Source: an uncultured Thermoplasmatales archaeon (GTDB lineage: Archaea; Thermoplasmatota; E2; DHVEG-1). Taken from it: a stretch of 64,000 nt of DNA. Of this stretch, positions 19,180 to 29,158 are shown one piece after another. The stretch's first letter is position 1; each line of letters starts with the position of its first letter. The stretch covers positions 5,727 through 69,726 of the forward strand of contig CAZWYI010000002.1 in the NCBI GenBank assembly GCA_964638155.1, written 5' to 3'. A program made the position numbers and the translations under genes. The notes beneath the pieces were generated by a model that was not told where the DNA came from, did not search any database, and saw nothing but the letters and a program-made list of their open reading frames with translations.

Positions 19180-20598
19180 ATGCTAGACTGGACAGAGAGA
19201 TATAGACCAAACACTTTAGATAAAATCATCGGTAATGATAAAGCAGTTATCGAACTCCGTAAATGGGCAGCCGATTGGAATAAAGGAAAACCCAAACATA
19301 AAGCAGTTATTCTATCTGGAAAAGCAGGGATTGGAAAAACAAGTTGTGCGATAGCTCTTGCTAAAGACTTTGGGTGGACTATAATAGAATTAAACACATC
19401 AGATGCAAGAAATGCAAAAAAAATAAAATCAGTAGCAACAACAGGTGCGGTAAATGAAACATTTTCTGATGATGGCTCATTTATATCTTCAAATAAAGGC
19501 GGTCGAAAACTAATAATTCTAGATGAAGCAGATAATCTATATGAAAGAATTAAAAATAGTTCTAGTTCAGATAATGATCTAAGCGACAGAGGCGGAAAAA
19601 AAGCAATAGTAGATACAGTAAAAATCACAAATCAACCAATGATACTAATTGTAAACGATTACTATGGCCTTATAAAAGGCAGTGGAGAAAGTTTAAAAAA
19701 ATACTGTAAACTAATAAAGTTTTACAATCCATATTCTAACTTAATTTTCAATCTTTTAAAAAAAATATGTTTAAAAGAAGGAATAAATGTTGACCTAAAT
19801 GTCCTAAAAAACATTTCAGATAGATGCAAAGGGGATGTAAGATCAGCGATAAATGATTTACAATCAATATGTATGAATAAAAAACAAATTGATTCTACTG
19901 CTCTTTCAGTATTGGGATATAGAGACCGGGAGAAAGATATTTTTTCTTCACTTAGGGAAATTTTTAAAACCAAAAATGTAAAAGAAATAAGAGAGAACTT
20001 AATGAATTTGGATTTAGATCCAAAACTATTGATGCTTTGGATAAATGAAAATCTTCCAAAGGAATACATTGATAAAAAAGATTTAGCAAATGGATATGAT
20101 ATGCTATCAAAAGCAGATATGTTTTTTGGTAGAACCTTTAAAAATCAAAACTATAAACTCTGGTCTTATGCCTGCGACTTGATGAATGGTGGAGTTGCGA
20201 CAGCAAAATCACATAACTATCCAAACAATCGATACAATTTTCCAACATATCTTCGCAGAAGAAAAGGCAATAAAAACAAATCTGACTTAAGAAAAACAAT
20301 AGTAAAAAAAATAAGTAAAAACTGTCATAACTCGGGTTATAAAACAAAAGATCAGTTTTTTAACTATTTTATTCATATGTTTAGAAATAATACGTATTTT
20401 GCAATAAATATGAAAGATAAGTTTGATTTCACTGAACCAGAAATTAAGTATCTTTTAGGAAAAAGTCATATGTATAAATTAAAAGAAATACAGAATTTTT
20501 CAAAAGATGAAAAAATAAAACCAATAGAAGAAAATATAGAACAAAAAAAAGATAAAAAAGAAAATAAAGAAATTCAGCAGAATTTATTTGATTTCTGA
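19180..20598 (+). CDS. rfcL: Replication factor C large subunit.
   Basis: MLDWTERYRPNTLDKIIGND, Walker A LSGKAGIGKTS, the RFC-box layout, and a C-terminal PIP-like motif QQNLFDF. Confidence 0.8.
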   Translation: MLDWTERYRPNTLDKIIGNDKAVIELRKWAADWNKGKPKHKAVILSGKAGIGKTSCAIALAKDFGWTIIELNTSDARNAKKIKSVATTGAVNETFSDDGSFISSNKGGRKLIILDEADNLYERIKNSSSSDNDLSDRGGKKAIVDTVKITNQPMILIVNDYYGLIKGSGESLKKYCKLIKFYNPYSNLIFNLLKKICLKEGINVDLNVLKNISDRCKGDVRSAINDLQSICMNKKQIDSTALSVLGYRDREKDIFSSLREIFKTKNVKEIRENLMNLDLDPKLLMLWINENLPKEYIDKKDLANGYDMLSKADMFFGRTFKNQNYKLWSYACDLMNGGVATAKSHNYPNNRYNFPTYLRRRKGNKNKSDLRKTIVKKISKNCHNSGYKTKDQFFNYFIHMFRNNTYFAINMKDKFDFTEPEIKYLLGKSHMYKLKEIQNFSKDEKIKPIEENIEQKKDKKENKEIQQNLFDF

Positions 20599-21387
20599 TT
20601 TCATATCTTCAAGTTTTTTCATGGCATCTACTGCTTCATTTTTATAACGTTCTTTTAGTTTAGAATAAGTATCATCAGATATCTTTTTATTTCTATGTTT
20701 CTTTTCAAGTTCTTTTAAAAGAGACATAAGAAGGGTTTTTTTGGTGCTAATATATTCTTCTGATGAACCAATTGTCTCTCTTTTTTTAGTCTGCTTTTGT
20801 TTTTTAAAAAAATAGTATACAAAAACAGTAAGTAGAATTATTAAAAGTAAAACAGAAATAATTGTGTATATGCTAAGTTGTTGAGGTTCAACTTCAAAAA
20901 GTGTTATACTAAATTTTGTGTTATTCTTCATATTTTCTGCTGAATATCTATTATTGCCATTGTAATTTAGATCAAGAGTTTCAGCGTCCCTAAGTATTTT
21001 TTTTTCAAAAATTGTTTCTGTCTCAGATTTTTCAATATTATATGTAATTTTAATTTCTAATTTATTGCTTATCTGAAGGTTTAAATCTGAAATGTTACAA
21101 GAATAAGTGTTTTCACTTATTTTGATATTTTCTTCTTCAATTAAGTTTTCATTTATATTGATACTTATATCTGATGATTTTTCTGTTATCCAAAAAGAAA
21201 TAATTGTATAGTTCTCGTTAGCTTCCCCAATTATTTCAATTGTTTCTTCTACTTTTAAGTTATCATTTTGAGATGAAATTTCAATTGAATGTGTTTCTGA
21301 AGTAATGTTTTCTGCGTTTGATATTAATCCTGTGCCTGCTGTGATAAGTATTATAGCTAAAACTCCAACTGTATATTTTATTTTCAT
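20584..21387 (-). CDS. Membrane-anchored hypothetical protein (signal peptide, beta-rich ectodomain, single TM helix, charged coiled-coil cytoplasmic tail).
   Basis: N-terminal MKIKYTVGVLAIILITAGTGLISNA, a TM segment IYTIISVLLLIILLTVFVYYFF, and a lysine/glutamate-rich tail. Confidence 0.35.
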   Translation of the reverse strand: MKIKYTVGVLAIILITAGTGLISNAENITSETHSIEISSQNDNLKVEETIEIIGEANENYTIISFWITEKSSDISININENLIEEENIKISENTYSCNISDLNLQISNKLEIKITYNIEKSETETIFEKKILRDAETLDLNYNGNNRYSAENMKNNTKFSITLFEVEPQQLSIYTIISVLLLIILLTVFVYYFFKKQKQTKKRETIGSSEEYISTKKTLLMSLLKELEKKHRNKKISDDTYSKLKERYKNEAVDAMKKLEDMKSEIK

Positions 21388-21507
21388 TTCTTACTCCCAA
21401 TTGGTGTCATATTTTTGATTACTTATTTATTTTTCTAAATTAAATAGTTTTAACCTATAATCAAACGAAACTTCTAAAAGCATGTTCTTTCATTACCCGA
21501 TTGAGAT

Positions 21508-21933
21508 ATGAAAATTAGAAACATACAACTAAAATCAATTGAAGCAAGAAGATATACTGATAGAAACGAACGTCCAAAAAAAGTTAGGATAGATCATAAT
21601 AGTACTTTTACTCGTATTTCATATATTAAAGACAATAATGCAAGTCTTGATTTTCAATATACGGCAAGTTACGGTCCAGTAGGACTAATAAAACTAGAAG
21701 GTTCTTTGTTGTATCAAGATGAAAACGCAAAAAAGATTGCAAATAACTGGAATGAAACACGAAAAATGCCAAATGAGATAGCTAGTAGAATGCACACCGC
21801 TGTTATGCATGCATGTGTTCCTGAAGCCGTAGGTATTGCAAAAGATTTAGGTTTGCCTCCTCCAATACCATTACCGCAGGTAAAACTAGGAGATACACCT
21901 AAAAAAGGAACAGCAGGTCCTGAAGTAGCCTAA
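21508..21933 (+). CDS. Hypothetical protein.
   Basis: ORF in the track with a GGAGG-free but AT-rich upstream region and no recognisable motif; proline-rich segment LGLPPPIPLPQ. Confidence 0.3.
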   Translation: MKIRNIQLKSIEARRYTDRNERPKKVRIDHNSTFTRISYIKDNNASLDFQYTASYGPVGLIKLEGSLLYQDENAKKIANNWNETRKMPNEIASRMHTAVMHACVPEAVGIAKDLGLPPPIPLPQVKLGDTPKKGTAGPEVA

Positions 21934-21987
21934 AATTTTTTTATTTAAAAATCTAAAAATATGGGTCCTTACATACAATAAAATATT

Positions 21988-22662
21988 ATGGACTCAATTG
22001 TAATCTCTATCGGTGGATCAGTTTTATTTTCAGATGATATAGATTTTTCTTTTTTTAATAGACTTAAAACTCTATTAGATAAATATGCTGAAAAATATAA
22101 ATTCTATATTGTTGTTGGAGGGGGAAAAACAGCTAGAAAATATATAAAACTAGGTAGAGAGTTGAATTTAGATGAAGAAACCTTAGATCAAATAGGAATT
22201 GATGTAACAAGGTTAAATGCAAGAATGTTATCCTTAATAATTAAAGATTCAAACAGAGATATACCATTTACCACTGATGAAGCAAAAAATCTACCAAATA
22301 AAGTTATAGTTATGGGGGGTACAACTCCAGGTCATAGCACGGATATGGTAGGTGCAGAACTTGCATATAAAACAAATTCTTCAAAATATATTATTGCAAC
22401 AAATGTTGATGGCATATATGATAAAGATCCAAATAAATTTGAAGATGCAAAAAAAATACCCGAAATAAAAATTGTAGAACTTATTAAAAAATATGGAACT
22501 AAATGGAATATGGCAGGGAAAAACATTGTTATCGATGGCCCTGCTTTAGAAATTATTTCTAAAGAAAAAATTCCAACCTATGTATTTAATGGAAAAAAAT
22601 TAGATGAACTAGAAAAAATATTCAAGAATAAAAAATTTAATGGAACAAAAATAAAAATATAA
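21988..22662 (+). CDS. pyrH: Uridylate (UMP) kinase, archaeal type.
   Basis: Amino-acid-kinase fold motifs ISIGGSVL and YIVVGGGKTARKYI; ~224 aa as in archaeal PyrH. Confidence 0.75.
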   Translation: MDSIVISIGGSVLFSDDIDFSFFNRLKTLLDKYAEKYKFYIVVGGGKTARKYIKLGRELNLDEETLDQIGIDVTRLNARMLSLIIKDSNRDIPFTTDEAKNLPNKVIVMGGTTPGHSTDMVGAELAYKTNSSKYIIATNVDGIYDKDPNKFEDAKKIPEIKIVELIKKYGTKWNMAGKNIVIDGPALEIISKEKIPTYVFNGKKLDELEKIFKNKKFNGTKIKI

Positions 22663-22673
22663 AAAAAAGAAAA

Positions 22674-22695
22674 AAATTGTTTTTTATAACAATTT
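22674..22695. terminator. Perfect 8-bp inverted repeat hairpin (AAATTGTT-ttttat-AACAATTT) between convergent pyrH and ftsZ; a candidate bidirectional terminator.
   Basis: Seen directly in the sequence. It is flanked by an A-run (pyrH side) and a T-run, and the 3' arm touches the ftsZ stop codon. Confidence 0.4.
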
Positions 22696-23807
22696 TACCT
22701 TACAAAATCTATATCAAAGTTTTTGTTTGTTACTGTTTTTACAGGTGCTTTTTGCATAGCAGGAGACCCTTGTGGGCCAAGTAGATTAGGTGATTGTACA
22801 CCAGTCATAATAGCCATTACCCTGCATTTCCCTTCAAACTCTGGTAGAACTCTTGCACCAAGTATCACATTTGAATAGCAGTCAAGATCCTCTGTTAATG
22901 ATTTTGCAACATCTTGAACATATTTTAGGCTCATATTTGGGCCACCTGTAATATGAACAAGTGCTCCATTTGCACCGGTGTAATCAACATTTAGAAGTGG
23001 ATGATTCAATGCTTCTTGTACTATTGACTCAACTCCAGCATCCTCATCTGATTCACCCCAGAGCATAACAGATAGTCCACCTTGGTTCATAATTGATTTC
23101 ATATCTGCATAATCAAGGTTAATTAACGATGGTACAGTAATTGTTTCAGATAATCCTTTTACAGTTTCAGCTATCATTTGATCCATAACTGAAAATGCTT
23201 GGTTTATAGGTAGATTTGGTACAAACTCAAGAAGTCTGTTGTTATCAAGTACTACTGTACTGTCTGCTTTTATTCTAAGTTTATCAAGGCCTTCATCTGC
23301 TTTTATAAGTCTTGCTCTTTCTACATTGAATGGAGTTGATACCATGCAAGTAACTACTGAGTTATGTTTTTTTGCCATTTCAGCAACTACAGGTGCAGAA
23401 CCTGTGCCTGTTCCTCCGCCCATACCAGCAGTAATAAATACAAGATCTGAATCTTTTATCAAATTCTCTATTTCTCTACTTGATTCTTGGGCAGCTCTTT
23501 GTGCTACTTCTGGAAATCCACCTGCTCCTAGACCGCGGGTTAGGTTTTCACCAATTAATATTTTATGATCTGCTTCTACTAAATCAAGTGCTTGTTTGTC
23601 TGTATTTATAGCTATTGTATCTGCGCCTTTTACACCTAATTTGTTTAATCTAGTTATCGTGTTTCCTCCGGCTCCACCGCATCCAACAATTGTTATTCTT
23701 GGTGTTCCAAACATATCGTCTTCATTAATTTTTAATCTGTTTTCTTCATCTTTTTTATTTTCTACTGCATTTTTAATAAATGATTCCATATTCTTGTTTT
23801 CTCCCAT
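22695..23807 (-). CDS. ftsZ: Cell division GTPase FtsZ.
   Basis: Tubulin signature [22 protein letters not shown] near the N-terminus, and a GGAGG motif 8 nt upstream of the start. Confidence 0.9.
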   Translation of the reverse strand: MGENKNMESFIKNAVENKKDEENRLKINEDDMFGTPRITIVGCGGAGGNTITRLNKLGVKGADTIAINTDKQALDLVEADHKILIGENLTRGLGAGGFPEVAQRAAQESSREIENLIKDSDLVFITAGMGGGTGTGSAPVVAEMAKKHNSVVTCMVSTPFNVERARLIKADEGLDKLRIKADSTVVLDNNRLLEFVPNLPINQAFSVMDQMIAETVKGLSETITVPSLINLDYADMKSIMNQGGLSVMLWGESDEDAGVESIVQEALNHPLLNVDYTGANGALVHITGGPNMSLKYVQDVAKSLTEDLDCYSNVILGARVLPEFEGKCRVMAIMTGVQSPNLLGPQGSPAMQKAPVKTVTNKNFDIDFVR

Positions 23808-23823
23808 ACAATTCCTCCTATTT

Positions 23824-23890
23824 GCTGGTAGTTTGAAGGACGCCCATCCCGAGGCGCCCTTCTGTTAAGGGGTGCATCCCATCCCCTCCT
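23824..23890. repeat. Composite conserved intergenic motif copy A (GCTGGTAGTTT … hairpin … TGCATCCCATCCCCTCCT), between cdrS and ftsZ.
   Basis: The 11-mer gctggtagttt (23824-23834) and 18-mer tgcatcccatcccctcct (23873-23890) are both repeated at 40346-40384. Between them lies the hairpin GAAGG-a-CGCC/GGCG-c-CCTTC at 23835-23862. Confidence 0.45.
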
Positions 23891-23910
23891 AATTATTTTA
23901 ATGTAGGTAG

Positions 23911-24150
23911 TTATTTTTTCATGTAAGGCTCAATGGACTCGACGGCAAGTTCCATTTCTTGGACTTTTTTTATTTTTTCCGCCTTTTCAATTAAATCATT
24001 GGCATAGTTTTTAATAAAATCGTTTACCGCATGTCGAATAACCTCCGACCTAGTTGCAAACTCTCCAGCTCTCACAAAAAGATCTATTGAGTGAACATTT
24101 CGCTGGGGTAATCTTATGGTTATCCTTTGCGTTTCCATTTTTCTCCTCAC
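23911..24150 (-). CDS. cdrS: Small ribbon-helix-helix DNA-binding protein immediately upstream of ftsZ; a likely CdrS-type cell-division regulator.
   Basis: RITIRLPQRNVHSIDLFVRAGEFATRSEVIRHAVNDFI is the RHH beta-alpha-alpha pattern. Its position directly 5' of and co-oriented with ftsZ fits the conserved euryarchaeal cdrS-ftsZ2 arrangement. Confidence 0.5.
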   Translation of the reverse strand: MRRKMETQRITIRLPQRNVHSIDLFVRAGEFATRSEVIRHAVNDFIKNYANDLIEKAEKIKKVQEMELAVESIEPYMKK

Positions 24151-24328
24151 ATTAAACTAGCCTTTGCCATTATGATGCCATTATTGCGTCGATAATACGT
24201 CTAAATTACGCCGATTAAACGACACCAGACATCATTTGTCTGACAAACATAGAACGAATGTGTGGTTAAGTTTATATAATTTTCGCTAATTTTTAAGCAG
24301 CCGTATATGCACCTGCATATGTAGAGAA

Positions 24329-24967
24329 TTATGAGCGTACAATATGGCCAAATGCAACAGTTCCAGAAATTTTTTCTATTTTAACTTTGACACTTGTGCC
24401 TTTTACGGCTCCATTAACATATATAATGTATTTATCAAAATAGGCTATACCGTCGCCTTTTTTGCCTATATCTTTAATTGTTAAATCGTAAGTATTTCCT
24501 TCTTTAAGTCTTTCTGAAGGCTGTGTGACAACTTTTTTCTTACGTGCTTTAACTGATCTAAATGCACCACATGCATCACATCTTATTAGAGTTGTTCTAC
24601 CTTTTTTTACAAGATGGGTATCAGGTCTGTTACACTCAGAGCAGATGACATAGGTATCAACATATTCTTTTATTTTATTTTTAATATTTCTTGCTGGGAT
24701 CTTTCCTTGGAAAACTGCTCTGCTACCTACTATTTCACCAGCAGTACCAAGTCCACCTAATAAAAATTTAAGAATCTGATCGGCAGGACGGTTAAGAGTA
24801 TTTGCTATTTTATCAAAATTTCTAATTACTGTAGTGTTTCCTTCATAAAAAACATCTGCAATAGGAACCTTAAATCTGTCTTCTGCAACTTCTTTGTCTG
24901 GAGTGCTGTCTATTACTCTTTTTAATAATTTTTTATACTCTTCATCTGCCATATTTTCAACCTGCAA
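24329..24967 (-). CDS. Translation initiation factor aIF2 beta subunit with a C-terminal TRAM-domain fusion.
   Basis: aIF2beta core and Zn ribbon CSECNRPDTHLVKKGRTTLIRCDACGA, followed by a ~60-aa TRAM-like beta-barrel YDLTIKDIGKKGDGIAYFDKYIIYVNGAVKGTSVKVKIEKISGTVAFG. Confidence 0.65.
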   Translation of the reverse strand: MQVENMADEEYKKLLKRVIDSTPDKEVAEDRFKVPIADVFYEGNTTVIRNFDKIANTLNRPADQILKFLLGGLGTAGEIVGSRAVFQGKIPARNIKNKIKEYVDTYVICSECNRPDTHLVKKGRTTLIRCDACGAFRSVKARKKKVVTQPSERLKEGNTYDLTIKDIGKKGDGIAYFDKYIIYVNGAVKGTSVKVKIEKISGTVAFGHIVRS

Positions 24968-25052
24968 ATAGAATAACTATCTAAAAAACTTGTGTTTGAA
25001 AATATTTCCCCTCTAAATCGATTTTTATAGATTATTTTTTTTGAAATCACTA

Positions 25053-25187
25053 GTATTTAATGATATCAGGTCTGATCTTTTTACCCATTACAAATATACC
25101 TTGTTTCATTGCTTTCTCTGCAACTTCAGTATTTCTAGTATATACTTTTTTGTTTCCTTTATTCCAGTACCATATGAATTCAGACAT
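25053..25187 (-). CDS. Small hypothetical protein (44 aa), not in the ORF track.
   Basis: ATG (rc of cat at 25185-25187) translates to MSEFIWYWNKGNKKVYTRNTEVAEKAMKQGIFVMGKKIRPDIIKY*. The competing + strand 82-aa ORF is low-complexity. Confidence 0.25.
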
Positions 25188-25285
25188 TTGTCTCCCCCAC
25201 AAATGAACTTATGTAGCACTAGGCAAATAAGAGATGTTATAAATAGTTTGCCAAAAAAAGAAAATTTAATTGTAATTTTTTATTT

Positions 25286-26266
25286 TTAATCATGCTCGTC
25301 TTTAATCTCGCCAAAGATTTCTTCAATTAAATCTTCCATACTTACAAGGCCGATAGTATGACCCTTTTTGTTTTGTAAAACTGCTATATGTGTTTTATAA
25401 AGCTTCATTTTTCTTAAGACATCATCTACTTTCATACTCGGATTAATTATTAACACATCACGCATAATTTCATTTATTTTAGTTTTTTTATCCTCAAGTT
25501 TCAAGGTATCTTTTACATGAACCATGCCAATAATGTCATCATAATTTTTATCATATACTGGAAACCTTGAAAAACCTGTTTTAATAGATTTTTTAATAAG
25601 ATTATCTATAGTATCTTTTTTATTGATGAACTCAATTTTATATTTAGGATTATCAACTTCATCGACTATTTTTTCATCAAACTCAAAAACATCGCTTACC
25701 ATTACTCTTTCATCTTTTTCAATTGTTCCTTCTTCTTCCCCTAGTTTCATCATAGCAATTATTTTTTCTTCTGTTACAATGTCTTTTTGTTTTTCACCTT
25801 TCCCAATAAGTTTTAAAAGACCATTTGAAATCGTTTTTACAGATACAACTATAGGATGAAATATTTTTGTAAAAATACTTATTGCTTTAGCTGATTTTAA
25901 AGCCCATTTTTCGTTTTTTCTACCAAATGCTTTAGGGGTAGTCTCACTAAATATTATCACTAGAAAAAACATTAGAAGTGTAGCAATTCCAACACCGATA
26001 CTTCCGAATATCTTTGTTGTGACAAAACCTGCTAGAACCGATGCAAAAATATTTACAATATTATTACCAATTACTATAGCACTTATAACATCATCTGGTT
26101 TTTTTAATAATCCTTCAAGAATTTGTGCTTTTTTATTTCCGTTTCTAGCTTTATCAACAATAATAGCTCTATCTATTGATACTAGTGCCATTTCAGAACC
26201 TGAAAAAAAGGCTGAAATAAAAATTAAGAAAGCAATTATTATGATACTTACTATAATATATATCAT
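25286..26266 (-). CDS. CNNM/CorC/TlyC-family transporter (DUF21 membrane domain + CBS pair + CorC_HlyC domain).
   Basis: N-terminal DUF21 TM region with FFSGSEMALVS, tandem CBS region, and a C-terminal transporter-associated domain ending EDLIEEIFGEIKDEHD. Confidence 0.75.
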   Translation of the reverse strand: MIYIIVSIIIIAFLIFISAFFSGSEMALVSIDRAIIVDKARNGNKKAQILEGLLKKPDDVISAIVIGNNIVNIFASVLAGFVTTKIFGSIGVGIATLLMFFLVIIFSETTPKAFGRKNEKWALKSAKAISIFTKIFHPIVVSVKTISNGLLKLIGKGEKQKDIVTEEKIIAMMKLGEEEGTIEKDERVMVSDVFEFDEKIVDEVDNPKYKIEFINKKDTIDNLIKKSIKTGFSRFPVYDKNYDDIIGMVHVKDTLKLEDKKTKINEIMRDVLIINPSMKVDDVLRKMKLYKTHIAVLQNKKGHTIGLVSMEDLIEEIFGEIKDEHD

Positions 26267-26479
26267 ATTGTTTTTGATTCCCTCTTAAGATAACCGCCCA
26301 TATTAAATAATCCTTTTTAAGTTTAATTGTCATAATTTAGGGATTTTCACAGGATATTATTCTCAAATACTGGAAAAATTTTTTATATCACTTTATTTTC
26401 ACCAATAAATTATTAAAACATAATCCTGTTACCAGGAAAAGTCGAACTTAAAAACAAAGCACAATGGAGATCTATTAAA

Positions 26480-26920
26480 ATGGTTGAATTTAAAGTTGTA
26501 ATAAATGATACAAAAAACGGAAAATCTCATCAGGTAAAAGTAGAAGGACATCATGCAAATTCACTTATTGGAAAAAAAATCGGGGAAGAAGTAGATGGAA
26601 TTTTTATTTCTCTTCCAGGTTATAAACTTCAAATCACTGGTGGAACTGATAAAGATGGATTTGCAATGAGAAATGATTTACCTGGCGTGGTTAGAAGAAA
26701 GCTTTTACTTAGTAAAAGCAAAGGATATAAACCAAAAGAAAAAGGAAAAAGAACTAAAAAATCAATAAGAGGAAATACAGTAAACCAAGATATTGTTCAA
26801 ATTAATATGAAAGTTAAAAAACATAGTTCAAAACCAATTTCTGATTTACTAAAATCTCAAGATAAAAAAGAAGAAAGTAAAGAAGAAGATAAAGAAAAAG
26901 AGGTTAAAGAGGAGCAATAA
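26480..26920 (+). CDS. rps6e: Ribosomal protein S6e.
   Basis: [21 protein letters not shown]…[19 protein letters not shown] are classic S6e motifs. Confidence 0.85.
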   Translation: MVEFKVVINDTKNGKSHQVKVEGHHANSLIGKKIGEEVDGIFISLPGYKLQITGGTDKDGFAMRNDLPGVVRRKLLLSKSKGYKPKEKGKRTKKSIRGNTVNQDIVQINMKVKKHSSKPISDLLKSQDKKEESKEEDKEKEVKEEQ

Positions 26921-28161
26921 TGAGTCTTCCCAAGCAACCTGAAATAAATATTGGAATGATCGGCCATGTCGATCATGGTAAAACAACTCTTACTCAGCGT
27001 CTTTCAGGAAAATGGACTGATGAGCATTCTGAAGAATTAAAAAAAGGTATATCTATAAAACTTGGATATGCAGATGCTGCTTTTTATAAATGTCCAAATT
27101 GTGATGAACCAAAATGTTACTGTACAGATAAAAAATGTCCAAGTTGTGGTAGCCCTACTGAACTTTTAAGAGTGGTATCTTTTGTTGATGCACCAGGCCA
27201 TGAAACCCTTATGGCTATAATGCTATCTGGTGCTGCAATTATGGATGGAGCAGTACTTGTTATTGCTGCAAATGAGGAATGTCCTCAGCCGCAGACTAGA
27301 GAACATTTGACTGCTCTTGATTTATCAGGAATAAAAAATATTGTTATTGTTCAAAATAAAATAGATCTAGTAAGTGAAAAACAAGCAGTAAAAAATTATG
27401 AACAAATTCTAAAGTTTGTAAAGGGAACATCTGCTGAGGGTGCACCAATTATACCGGTTAGTGCTCATCAAGATATCAATATTGATGTTTTGATAAAAGC
27501 AATGGAAGAAAAAATTCCAACTCCCGATCATAATCTTGAAAAACCATCGCTAATGTATACAGCTCGTAGTTTTGACATTAATAAACCTGGTGCTAGACCT
27601 AATGAATTAAAAGGTGGAGTGATTGGTGGTTCCTTGGTTCAAGGAGTTCTTTCAAAAGGAGACGAAATTCAAATAGCTCCTGGCAGAAGAATTGAGGTTG
27701 AAGGTAAGAAAAAAATTGAAAAAATTACTACTAAAGTTGATTCTTTATTTACTGGGGGTAAATCAGTAGATAAGGCAACACCCGGTGGACTTATTGCTAT
27801 TGGAACAACTCTTGATCCATCACGAACTAAATCAGATTCTTTTGCAGGAAAGGTTATTGGAAAAGTAGATACTCTTCCACCAACCGTTAGAGATTTTCAT
27901 TTATCTATTAGTTTACTTAAGCGTGTTGTTGGAACAATTGAAGAAAAAAACGTTGAGCCTATTAAAACAAATGAACCATTGATGCTTACAATTGGAACTG
28001 CAACTACTGTTGGCATAGTATCTGAATTTAAAGGTGATTTAATCGGCGTTGAATCAAAACTTCCGGTATGTGTCAAGGAAGATCAACGGATTGCTATTAG
28101 TAGAAGGATAGATGGCAGATGGCATCTGATAGGTTACGGGAACGTAAAAATAGATCAATAG
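26920..28161 (+). CDS. eif2g: Translation initiation factor aIF2 gamma subunit.
   Basis: GTPase motifs [14 protein letters not shown] and VDAPGHE, the zinc knuckle [20 protein letters not shown], and NKIDLV. Confidence 0.9.
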   Translation: MSLPKQPEINIGMIGHVDHGKTTLTQRLSGKWTDEHSEELKKGISIKLGYADAAFYKCPNCDEPKCYCTDKKCPSCGSPTELLRVVSFVDAPGHETLMAIMLSGAAIMDGAVLVIAANEECPQPQTREHLTALDLSGIKNIVIVQNKIDLVSEKQAVKNYEQILKFVKGTSAEGAPIIPVSAHQDINIDVLIKAMEEKIPTPDHNLEKPSLMYTARSFDINKPGARPNELKGGVIGGSLVQGVLSKGDEIQIAPGRRIEVEGKKKIEKITTKVDSLFTGGKSVDKATPGGLIAIGTTLDPSRTKSDSFAGKVIGKVDTLPPTVRDFHLSISLLKRVVGTIEEKNVEPIKTNEPLMLTIGTATTVGIVSEFKGDLIGVESKLPVCVKEDQRIAISRRIDGRWHLIGYGNVKIDQ

Positions 28162-28523
28162 TTGTACTTGATAGCAGCGCTGCTATGATGCCTTTTGAGT
28201 TTTTAGTTGATTTAGAAAAGGGCTTAACTAGGCTTTTAGGTAAATTTAGAATAATTGTCTCTAGTAGTGTATTAAATGAACTTATTTTTTTAACTGAAAA
28301 AGGATCTGGTAGAAAGAAAAGATTTGCTAAACCTGCTCTTGATTTAATTAAAGATTATGAAGTAGTTGATACTAATAAAAATGCTGATGATTCAGTTTTA
28401 GAACTTGCAGTTAAAATGGATGGCATAGTTTTTACAAATGATAAAGAACTTAGAAAAAGAGCTAAGAAAAATTCTTTGAAAACAATTTATTTAAGAGGAA
28501 AAAATAGACTTGTGTTAGAATAA
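28119..28523 (+). CDS. PIN-domain protein in the conserved position downstream of aIF2gamma.
   Basis: [15 protein letters not shown]… with acidic PIN residues (D in VLDSS, E in LNELIF, D in TNDKEL). The start may be internal; it overlaps the eif2g 3' end. Confidence 0.55.
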   Translation: MASDRLRERKNRSIVVLDSSAAMMPFEFLVDLEKGLTRLLGKFRIIVSSSVLNELIFLTEKGSGRKKRFAKPALDLIKDYEVVDTNKNADDSVLELAVKMDGIVFTNDKELRKRAKKNSLKTIYLRGKNRLVLE

Positions 28524-28585
28524 TTTTAGAAATTTTTTGGAAAGTTTTTATAAACAAAGTGTGTATTCAACTTTCTTGTTATACT

Positions 28586-28708
28586 GTCGGGGTGGCTCAG
28601 CCTGGTTAGAGCGCCTGACTCATAAGCGCAGCTTAAAGGGTTCGAAAATAGTTGCCTTTATGGCGTTAAGATATCAGGAGGTCGCGGGTTCAGATCCCGC
28701 CCCCGACA
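28586..28708 (+). tRNA. tRNA-Met (elongator; anticodon CAT) with a ~48-nt canonical-position intron (between nt 37/38, intron ~28625-28672).
   Basis: Acceptor GTCGGGG/CCCCGAC, D-arm GCTC…GAGC, anticodon stem CCTGA/TCAGG split by an insert, loop CTCATA|A, T-arm GCGGG TTCAGAT CCCGC, discriminator A. G1-C72 argues against an initiator. Confidence 0.75.
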
Positions 28709-29158
28709 TACAAACTACTGACTCACCCCCTAAAAAAATTAAATTTACTAAACAGGTTCATATCCGGGATATTTTTAATATATTAACATAAAAACAAACA
28801 AGAAATTTCCAAACTTTAGTTTGCGAGATGAATCGTATGGTAAGATAATTTAAAAAACTGTTAAGTGTTTGTTCCCATAAATGGGAAAACTATCTCATTT
28901 TTGTCATTTAAGGGCTGACAATTTCTAGTATTTCCATAAAATTGCTTAAAAGGCTTTATAAAAAAAATATTGCTAAGGAGTTTATTTTAAAAATAATATG
29001 TGTTGAAAGTAGAAATTTACACAAAGCGAAGATTTTTTAAGTAAAATATATAAATAACAAGTAACATAACTAAGAACTGGTACGAGTAAGACCTGCTGAA
29101 AGAATGACGACTCCATAGCGAGTTTAGGACGAGTAAGCAGGAATCGTGCATTATTTTT

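Noticed and set aside
19146-19628. 160-aa minus ORF
   Set aside because: Antisense to the well-supported RFC large subunit gene.
23239-23868. Two + strand ORFs (109 aa, 90 aa)
   Set aside because: Antisense to ftsZ. The second also spans the ftsZ-cdrS spacer motif.
25041-25289. 82-aa + ORF
   Set aside because: Low-complexity with a poor start. A 44-aa minus-strand ORF with ordinary composition is marginally more plausible, but neither is strongly supported.
28537-28791. 84-aa + ORF
   Set aside because: Entirely overlaps the intron-containing tRNA-Met; it is the translation of tRNA sequence.
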